DNA of 64,000 bases from Perkinsus chesapeaki ATCC PRA-425 (Eukaryota; Protista; Perkinsozoa): the NCBI GenBank assembly GCA_013115145.1, contig JAAPAO010000022.1, positions 1 through 64,000 on the forward strand, in the 5' to 3' direction. Below the pieces are notes generated by a model. It made no database searches. It saw only the letters and a program-made list of their open reading frames with translations, and had not been told where the DNA came from. Below are positions 54,746 through 64,000 of this stretch, in pieces; the first letter of the stretch is position 1; each line of letters begins with the position of its first letter. Position numbers and translations under genes: made by a program.

Positions 54746-56804
54746 ATGCCAGGGCAGCAGGCCACCGCCTCGACAGCAGCGCTGTTCCTGGCCTTTACCC
54801 TTATCGAACACATCCTCGGTAACTCTCTGAAGGGCTCCCTCAGTCAGGCTGTAAGCGTGTGGCGACCGGAGGGTAGCGCAGCGTTCTGTTGGCAGGCGAT
54901 GGGCAAAGAAACGCCCTCCGCAGCTGATGCTAGTCAAGGAACTTTTCATGAAACAGAGATGGCCCGTCTTATAGATATAGACAACACTCGTCCTATGAAG
55001 GTAGGTCGCTGGTTCGATCCCGGCATACAACATCCTTTTAGTTCCTGACAACTGAGAAGCTCCGTGATGGGTATAAGGGTCACACCCTATCAGAAGTCTC
55101 GCCAGGGTAGGTCACCTCCATACAGCAATAGTAACTTGCTCGACCAGGTCTCCGCCTACCAACCGTTTCGGTGACATGATAGTCCCCGACACTCTCCTAG
55201 AGGGCGCTAATCCAGCGTGGGAGGTCTGGCCACACCCTCCTGGACAGTCATCTGAGATACTGTACGACAGCAGTCACGTATTAAAATTAAAGTATTTATT
55301 TTCGATAGATATGAGTTTGATCACTCCGCCAAAGCGTGTGTTCGCTCTGTTATTATGGAAGCGATAAAGCATGTATCTGTTGCGGTAAGGAAGTCCCTGG
55401 TTCGATCCCCGGCTGAGGCATCTCCCCATCAGGCACCATGCATCACCTTTATTGATGCCGAACATCATGACCAACCTGTCGGAGCTCACACCCTTAAGAT
55501 CAAGGGTGAAGATTCTGGCTGTTACGCCTCCCTGGGATATTCCAACACCCACGAGAATGTGTTAAATCTCGGTAAGCGGACAGCAGCAGCATCCAGGCGC
55601 TGTTGCTGTGAATGATGCTTGGACAGGCCGTGGGTGCATGAATGTTGGCACAGCTATACACCTATTAATGCACGTTCTTGGTGTAGCTCATGAGAATCAG
55701 CGTCCAGATAGCGAAGCTTATATGGAGGTGAGTTCCCATTGTGGTGGTCGGCGGCGGCGGCCACTTGAACGAGACATCCCTGATTAGACCATTCCCAGCC
55801 ATATTGAAAATGGGGTCCTTCAAAACGAGGAAGCTATGAAGGTCAACTTCCAGTAAGAAGGCAGAGAAATGCGATCATCGACTGTTGGTCCTTAATTCAG
55901 AATTTTCCAAGGAACAGGAACAGAGTGGGAGAGGGCAGTTCGGGGTAAGTATGCGGCATGACCGCGCGCCGAGAAATGTCTCTGTAGGCATAGCTTACGA
56001 CGTCGCCAGCGTGACGCATGGAGGACCCTGCTACTATTCGGCTTCTCGCTTTGAGAGAGATGGCTGCTCGAAAACACTCGTCCCTCGGGCGGTAAGCTGT
56101 GAACGTCTATCTGAGTGAGGTGGTGTATTTCAGGACCTTGGTAGGACCGCATCAGAAGTAATGGGCAATAGAGCCTTCTTAACTGCGCATGATATTGCAT
56201 TACTTAGAATAATGTAAAAACCAGAGTTGCGGTTCAATTGATGATAAGCAGCATTCCCATCAGGTATGGATGTGGTGGACACTATCGCAGTGGAGAAGCA
56301 TACGTCGCTGCCGCCTCTAACACAGTGTATGATATATCTGGCAAAGCTCTCTTAGAGCCGGTGTCGGTAGGTGCTTTCGAGCAGCTTCTCAGTACATAAT
56401 TGCGCTCCTCTGTCAGGTATTACAGCAATGCTTATTTACTGACCAGGAAAGCTTCGCTGACTGGGGAGCTGAGGGAGACCTCGAGCCATTGCAAAGGTCG
56501 ACGGTCCCAGTAGAACAACACACCGAGACCACTGCGGCCCCCTCCAATGGCAACCTCCGAACAGGATACGAGACTATAATGATGGGCGTTCTTGTGGTCG
56601 TTGTCATCAGCCTGGTAAGAAAAAGTCGGTGTATCATACATTGATTTTAATTCACAGGTGGTATTTGCTGCCTATGTTACGAAGGATCGATGGTTCCCAA
56701 AAGTTGAGAAGACCAAGGAGAGCATAAAACGCATCACTCATCGATCACGGGAAGAACAGGATGAACCGCTAGTCTCCGAGGAGGACGATCGTTACGATGA
56801 ATAA
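54746..56804 (+). CDS. Astacin (M12A)-like protein, predicted catalytically inactive, probable type I membrane protein
   Basis: N-terminal hydrophobic leader; EAIKHVSVA-APCITF, GCYASLG, GRGCMNVGTAIHLLMHVLGVAHENQRPD, YDVASVTH; hydrophobic stretch and acidic tail near the 3' end. Confidence 0.75.
55001..55041 (+). pseudogene. tRNA-Tyr-like 3' fragment forming an intron
   Basis: GT-AGGTC-GCTGG-TTCGATC-CCGGC-ATACAAC-A-TCCTTTT-AG with a full 5-bp T stem. Confidence 0.8.
55385..55432 (+). pseudogene. tRNA-Phe-like 3' fragment forming an intron
   Basis: GTAAGG-AAGTC-CCTGG-TTCGATC-CCCGG-CTGAGGC-A; GTCCCTGGTTCGATCCC matches eukaryotic tRNA-Phe. Confidence 0.75.
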
Positions 56805-57499
56805 GCATGAAATGGCCTCATGGCATCTGATGTTACCAAACATTGCATGTGTTGATTTATACAGTATGACACCAACATGAATTATGCGCTACGTGAGAAG
56901 TACGAGCTGCTTATGAGCTAGGAGGCCCTGAGCTAAGGACGCCTCTAGACTAGCCGGCTTAACTCTTTTATTTTACGCTCGATGGCTCGAGACCCGGATG
57001 CGTGGTAGAAGCGCTGGTAGAAGCTCGATGGACCCCCCGCCGTGTCCATGACGAGGTTCGAATAAAAGGTCTGCTGCAGAGCGCCGACACAAATTAGCAA
57101 CCAGTCGAGGTTAATGGTGATAGGATGGCAGCAGTGCCTTTATTGGGTTCGTACTGTTACCATTTTGGTCCATGCGAGACAACGCGTATGTTGATAGTAC
57201 TACAAGTGGATGTTTTCACTGAAGGAAAATGTGTCCAATGGACATCCGATATTTTTTGCACAAAAGTCTGATTGACGGGAGAGTTGTTTTTCCCACTACG
57301 GATCGTACGTGACAAAAGTACCGAATAGTGCCGCACCCGATAGATATATTAAGGACGTCGAAGCGGAGGTCATCGCTTCTTGCGCGGATAAGACTAACCC
57401 AAATCAGATGATGAAGTGAGAGAAGATCTTTATTAATGTAATGTCGATGATTATACGTGTACCGTGCGTCATGTTACAATACTATAATCATCATATACG

Positions 57500-60400
57500 A
57501 CAAGTTAGTTAACGGTTGGATGTTGAGGTAGGAATGATAACCTGACGACGACGACACAATAGCAATAAAGATCAGTGATGCTTCATTTACCTCCAGTAAC
57601 TGCAGTAGTTCATTGCTCTTCATGGCATGCATATGTTAGACTCCTCATCGAGGACGCTACCATCCACTTCGGCATCCGGAGAGCAATCCACAAACACATT
57701 CTCTATCGAGAATAATCAAACGATAGCAACGCGGGCCGCTACTCACCAGCTTTAATGTTTTGGTTCATTTTTTGCTTGTATGTGTAAATCTAAGGCATCA
57801 CCATCATTAGTAGTCAATCCCTCTTGGCTCACCTCTTCATCCAAAAGCTCATCAAATTTCCAGTTGCCAGTGCTCCCTCGTCGTCCTGTTTTATCATTAA
57901 TTCGGATGTAATCCCTAATAACGATTTCCAGTCAAACGAGCACACTCTGGGCCAGGGTCTCTGGCACAGCTGATGAAGGCAATGAAGGTTCAAAAATATA
58001 ATGTACAGTGTAGTTATCATCCATCAAATGACTAGTTGGTTTTTCCCCAAGCGACTTCCAAAAACTCTATCTTTGAAATTGCCATCCTGAGATTTGATAT
58101 CGAAATTTTTCTATTGAACTCTCTGACGGATATGCATCATGTCTCAGATGAGCCATGCCAGGGCTACTTGAATGATTGTGTGTTGGGAGGATCCAGCTGT
58201 CCCGAGGCCACGATGTCACCGAACACCCTGACATCAAAGACATAAGGACAGTTGCGGCAAATGTGTTACTGTCGGATATCACAACTTGGTATCCTGTCAC
58301 CAAAGATACTGTCGGGGTCGGTACTGGATTGAGCAAGAACCATAGACTGCCATTTCATAGACCACGCTGGAATGTGCTGACAAGATACTTTGCGCACTGT
58401 GAAGATTTCCCTATCCCTTACTTTATGCCTTGCATCCTCTGAATGCTCATCAGTGTCTTCATCATATTCCGATATAGGATACCTGAGCATCGCCTTAACC
58501 ATGAATGCCAAAGGAGGAGCTATCAACTACTGGTCATCAAACCGTGGAGGGGAGTCTAAGCTGCGCAATCGTTTGACCTGTGATAGAATGCAATGAGTGG
58601 CGGCCACCAGAAGCACCTTGCCGCCCGTGATTGTTATCCGTGCAGTATTCTTGCTGACTGTTGTTGATAGTAGCACACGGCGGCCCGATCCGACATCTTC
58701 GTGGGAGGCTGAGACACAGGAGACTACTGACGCTATTTACACAAACCTAGAGTTTATTCATTCCCGCGTGGGGATGATTCCACTCGTTATGAAACCCCTC
58801 TAAAAAATATTACAACCTATGATATCAGGCACTGTCATTACTACTACTTAGACCATCCAGAAATCACACTGGCAGCAAAATCGAAGGAGTTATAGAATGA
58901 TATGTTGACCTATTATTATAAGTTAATTATTTTTTCTAAAGAAGACTTCTTTGCGGTGTGGTCGAGAGGTAACCAGCTTACGTTTATCACAACCAACATC
59001 GCTGTGGTGGCCGCTCCCTGCTGGAGGTATTGGGGTTGAGAAAACCTTGGACACTTCATACTCACTCGGTAGGCTCTCTGTAGAGATATTTAATTAACAA
59101 TGTGGACTGGGCTTACCAACTGCACGCTTAACGTCAAGATCCATTCCGGAGCCTTTTTGACCAGCAATAGGAGAAACTGAACAGGTGAAGATATACCACC
59201 ATTGCGAGGGGGCTCGATTGAGCATTGGAGCAAAACAGGGTAAGAATACTGTACAGAAATAGAGTAAGAATACTGTATAGAAATAGAGTAAGAATACTGT
59301 ACAGAAATAGAGTAAGAATACTGTATAGAAATAGAGTAAGAATACTGTACAGAAATAGGGTAAGAATACTGTACAGAAATAGAGTAAGAATACTGTACGG
59401 TCTCACCGTTATCTTCATTTCCGTCCATCATCTCAGCAATACTCTTCCTTCCTCTGGCCCACACTGGTGTCGGTGGATCCTCTACAGATGGGCTAGCATC
59501 TGGAAAGTAACCTGATAAGCATACCATATCGACACTTCGTTTTCAACCATCTTGACAGAGTGAGTCCCAACGGAGACCAGCGACAACCATAGTGACCTCT
59601 CTTTCAAACAATTGTGAGGGAGTGGAGGGCGGGACGGAATCAATGAGACACTCAGACTCTCTGCAGTAACGAGCCTGAAACTCTTAGACCTCCAGTATGT
59701 TAGAGCTATTATCCCGTATAATCTATACATTTCACAATAGGCACGTACAAAAACAGACTCCTATTCCCAATGTGGCATGTGCCCAACTGACCTCGGTTCA
59801 TCTGCCGCTTGACCGATGCTGACATGGATGCCGTTGTGTTGGTACGAGTCATGTGATGAGGGGCCGCTGACAACTTCTTAGCCTTAACAACAACCAATAG
59901 ACTGCAGCCGCTATACCCAACTAACCTACTTCAAATTTGCTGGCCAAGTCCTTTACTCTGGATCTCTGTGTATCAGCCCCACCAATGGTCATCACAGCAG
60001 CAGCCGAGCACTGATAATAAAGACTATGCTATTGAAGTGGCAAGAAGGAGGACTTACCGATGATTGGTCATTAAACACTGAATGATTGCCGATAGACCTA
60101 ATAAATACGAAGCACTCCGCGTCTTTGCGCTGTCACCCTTACAGTAGTTTGTCCCCGGGTGATCTTGAAATTGGCCTGGACGCTGTAGCATTACCCATAG
60201 CCGATGGCCCCCCAGTAGCATGCCCTCTGGAGAGATCTTCCTCGCTCTCATCGTTCATGCTCGAACAGCAGAGAGAGTCACCGGGCACAGAGGGAGCTGG
60301 AAAAGAAGCTTCATGAGGGAGAATAGCCAAGTTGAGATGTCACGTGGTGGATTGAGCAACGGTGCTGTCATAACTGTTGGCTTTGTCGGTACTGCCACAC

Positions 60401-61100
60401 CACGGCTCTCCAACCATGACGGCACTTGATGGACTATATCATCCAGACTGAGGTGAGAGACACTCATGACTGGTCGAAAGTGCCGGCAAAACAAACTTGA
60501 TATTGAATATGTAATATACATTGTAGAGGATGTATTACAGTCAGAGCTGAAATTGTCGATATTTAATTCTCCACAGAAGGATAATAGCACTAATACTGCT
60601 ACACCGCGCTAGCATCCTTGATGATATTTCGGACATGGCCGTGTGAATGGTCCGAACGAAATCGATCTTGGCATGCTCCTCGAGTTTTACCGCCTCTTTA
60701 TAACTCACCAGCCATCGGCCTCTTTCATAGAGGACTTCAACTCGGACTGTAGTGCAGCTATACCAGCATCACCAGCGTCAGCTAGACAACCGAACAGAGC
60801 TGCTAGATCAACCTTCCTAACTGACTCCCGCCTGAGCTGACTGTTAAATGACATTTAATGTATGAGCCGACAAAGGCCTAATAACAGCACAAGTAAGAAT
60901 CTTCGGCGATGCCGCAATATGAAGTTTCATGACGAACTTTGGACGCCACGATGAAGCTTCCAACGCGTCAGTTACAAAAATGCCCCTCAACCTGTTGGAA
61001 GTCTGGCGGACTTCATCACCCGACTCTGCGAAGAGCCTCGGACTTCCGCGAAAATTGATCATGAATATTCTTCTTTCACCAACCAATGCAAGCGAGCAAA
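57500..61100 (-). CDS. Hypothetical multi-exon gene(s)
   Basis: Multiple same-strand ORF fragments (58266-58526, 59090-59527, 60139-60330, 60844-61086); no family recognised. Confidence 0.3.
59240..59398. repeat. 24-bp minisatellite, about 6.6 copies (GTAAGAATACTGTAYAGAAATAGR)
   Basis: Directly visible tandem units; in frame on the minus strand as (QYSYSISV/I)n. Confidence 0.95.
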
Positions 61101-61299
61101 TTTCCGGAACTCTTCAATGAGAATTATGATGCTGTTGCAGCATCCACGCGCCTCGTAATCATCAGGTAACATTAACAACAAGTTCAAACTCTCGCAGAAA
61201 CCGGCTCTGCTAGAACACAATGATAAAAATGTAAGTTGCCATGGCGTCGTGTACTGCTATTCCTCTGGCAGCAAGAGGAGCAGCTCTGTACGGTATCGA

Positions 61300-64000
61300 T
61301 TGCGGTACACGGAAACTTGCGGAGTGACCACCTGTACAGTGAAATGTCCATCACTTTATGCTATATGCTCTACCATCCGCGGCATCAAGTCTGCTATTGA
61401 TGTGGTGTGGCGGCCAATAGTGAGGAGGAGGAAGTGGTGGTAGCCGACTGTGGAAAAGACGAGCTCGAATGCTTCACTGGGTGGATCGTCATGTCTCTCG
61501 GTCATCAAGAAGGAGTATCGATCCTGACGGGGCAACAAAGATTCGAACCTCCGACCTTACCAACTAGAGACGGCCGGCTCTCCCTCGCTACCATTCTTGC
61601 ATGATCCTGCCAGTCTATGCCCTCAGTCTTATCCACAATGCATTCTGTATTAACTGGATGTACAAATCTAGACACCCCACTCATCGCACTAAAGACGTCA
61701 ACATGAATAATGCATCGGTCATCCCCGAGCTGCTGCCCCCCACGAAGGGACCTCACACTCCCCCCCGACCGAAGTGAACCTGCGGCCTGGTCAGAATGAG
61801 CATATCGATACCCTTTACCGTTGAGATCATTTCCTTCCAAAACCGTCGGTAGAAATGATGACGAATTAAACCGCCCCAAAATCAACGGATAGGCCACACT
61901 GCTGCTTTCGGAGTATATCTACACGAGGTCTTCATTTCGTGGCGCGCGAAGTTTACTAACTAATTTACCGCTGTACGTGGCCTTTCTCGTGCCAGTACTG
62001 CTGCAAGCTCTTGCATAGCATGCCCGCTAGGATAGTTGTAGACAGATGCCGCCACTCGGACACAAAACAGGCATGCCTGAGAACATGAGGCAGCAGCTTG
62101 CCGGCCAAAGACTTCAAGACACTACTCCAAACTGGATAACACTATTGCTATTAGCCGCATCAATCGGGAATGTGGTTCAGCGGTAGGACTCCATGGTAGA
62201 TTCGAACCCACGACCATTGGCATGACAGACCAACACCTTATCCCCTCTCACTGTAGCAACTGTTATTCCAATTAATCCCGTCCTCAACACACATGTCCTC
62301 AACAATCGGTTCCTCGCCATAATTACCATGGCCTTCGATCCCACTGACCTGTACGCTTCCGGGCCATACCGCCGCCCGAACGGTGATAAATACGCCAGCA
62401 CTCTGACAACCAATGGTAAATTAGCCAAACAAACACAGAAATTTCAGCTCTATCAGATTTATTTTCCCGCACGCCACGAAATGATTGGCTCGATCGAGCT
62501 ATTGCTACTACCTATGAGCTCCTCGTGCAGCTATCAGTGTTAATACGAGTAGACTGGGGAAGATGAATCTGAGCTCCTTGTGGGGTAAAAATGACATCAT
62601 TGTTACTGGTGCTATATACCATACCAATAACAATGGTATTAGAGGTACCTGATCATCACATTAATTGGCGGAAATGTGGTATAAATTCTCCTATTCAACA
62701 CTGAACGCATGGAAGGCCGAAAACGGCGTTCATTAAAGAACCTTGCCGCAGTAGTAGCAACTAATAATTTTTACCATCATGGTATGTTCCAAGTTCCACG
62801 TTCTGATCCGTGCAATTGAAAAGTTACGCAAAAACCGGATCTGCGAACCGGCCTAGTTCGCACTGTATGAAAGTGTTCCAAGCTCATCGGACTCGACCGC
62901 CACCCACTTCTTTTTTTGGAGCGTAACGAAATTATAGAGTTTATTAAAAAGCAGAAATAATCGAAGATATGTCCCGGGTGGCTTGCCAGTACGTATAATA
63001 ACTTACCTTATGCTCTGGCATGCCTGTAGGAGGTGGTAATGCAGCGAACGGTAATAACAATATCAATGGTCCAAGACCCTGATGATCGAAGATCAACTAC
63101 TCCCTGGGATTCCGACGCCACCACCTACTCGTATAGTGGCATTGGTGAGGTACCAATGCCACGGTTGAACCCCCCACAAGTAGGATTTATTCTCGACAGC
63201 ATTGAACCAGAATACCCAGCCTTCTGGCCACATAAGGCCACGCTGCCACATCTACATAGAATGCCATCAGACAACCAACACTTTAAATGGTCCTTCCCTA
63301 CCAAGGAGTCCAGAGGTATGGACAATACAATACCGTAGACTACCGCCTTCAGCCCACTCAGTACCACTACTATCACCGACGTTAGAAACTAAGACTACAG
63401 CGTCACGGTTACACTGCCGAGTTTGTACCGTCTGAGCCTTCCAATGGAGCACCAAATCACGAACGACTATCTCAAGGCCTAGAACGGCTCCAACTGCCAG
63501 GAGATCGCAGCGGAACACTAGAGCTGTGAAGACCTTACAGCTGGATGGGTACATGATGGAGACAATTGGCTTACCATAACCTGCATGGCGGAGAGCCGCT
63601 TGCCTTCGAGGTAGAGCGACAAGGCGAATGAACCTAACAGATGGGTTTAGGTGGAAATCGAAGATTGTTGCTACTTAAAATGAGACCGAATGAATTAGGC
63701 AGCAGTCTTGTATAGTAAAATGATAAATGGAAGCATCCTGTGATACAGAGGGTTATTAGTACCTGCCGATGGGGATAGTAGTATCTGACGATACACTGTA
63801 CTCCCCGTACTGGAAGGGCAGGTTTGGTCTCATCTGGACAGGCATTACGTATTCGCCTTAACGCTGCTGCAGCTGCTACCGCCATAACCCCTCGAACTAC
63901 GTACCTTATGCACGACGCCAGTAGGTGTTCAGTAATGTCCCGGTGTAATATTCACTCGAATGACGTACACTTCCATTCGGCACGGGCAAATGAGGCGAGG
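61300..64000 (-). CDS. ALG12: Dol-P-Man alpha-1,6-mannosyltransferase (GT22), 5' end outside window
   Basis: ALVFRCDLL, IPLDSL-MWQRGLMWPEGWVFWFNAVENKSYLWGVQPWHWY, MSFLPHKELRFIFP, SVYNYPSGHAM, IHVDVFSAMSGVSRF...DKTE are ALG12 motifs in order. Confidence 0.9.
61524..61591 (-). pseudogene. Near-complete degenerate tRNA (lacking the first 6 nt) forming an ALG12 intron
   Basis: GTAGCGAGGGAGAGC (D-arm-like), CCGGC...GTTGG stem, AGGTC-GGAGG-TTCGAAT-CTTTG-TTGCCCC-G-TCAG. Confidence 0.7.
62186..62251 (-). pseudogene. Degenerate tRNA with GTC (Asp) anticodon at the 5' end of ALG12 intron 62077-62251
   Basis: GTGAGAGGGGATAAGG, anticodon arm TTGGT-CTGTCAT-GCCAA (5 bp), TGGTC-GTGGG-TTCGAAT-CTACC. Confidence 0.75.

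Noticed and set aside
59240-59398. Possible CRISPR array
   Set aside because: Units are contiguous with no unique spacers; eukaryotic context; no cas genes.
47111-62251. Functional tRNA genes
   Set aside because: All tRNA-like elements lack a complete acceptor stem or have broken arms; treated as relics, not tRNA genes.
1-64000. Autonomous transposon or reverse transcriptase that could explain the tRNA-derived introns
   Set aside because: No RT, integrase or transposase motifs, LTRs or terminal inverted repeats were recognisable in this window; any mobilising enzyme must lie elsewhere.

Overview
Gene-dense eukaryotic protist DNA with many short (about 40-60 nt) GT-AG introns and long same-strand gene runs. 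The style is most consistent with a perkinsid alveolate (Perkinsus-like); this is inference, not a database result. Contents: (1) 1-17.2 kb, a tandem array of at least 8 intronless DASS/DiT-type dicarboxylate transporter genes on the minus strand; (2) a plant-type MSH1 (MutS plus C-terminal GIY-YIG); (3) transaldolase, a PP2C phosphatase, ubiquitin-like/BAG-like proteins, a secreted protein, an EF-hand/WD40 protein, POLD4 and AP-2 alpha-adaptin; (4) a plus-strand block with a 3-hydroxyacyl-CoA-dehydrogenase-fold/RING fusion, TMEM43, a D-2-hydroxyacid dehydrogenase and a catalytically dead astacin-like protein; (5) ALG12 running off the right edge. The most striking unexplained pattern is that at least nine spliceosomal introns in four unrelated genes (AP2A, HAD-RING, astacin-like, ALG12) consist largely of tRNA fragments. 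Most keep canonical variable-loop/T-arm/acceptor spacing, and they appear to come from several different tRNA isotypes and to lie in both orientations. This suggests an intron-generating process that uses tRNA sequence. Exon boundaries were traced by eye, so multi-exon gene ends are approximate.
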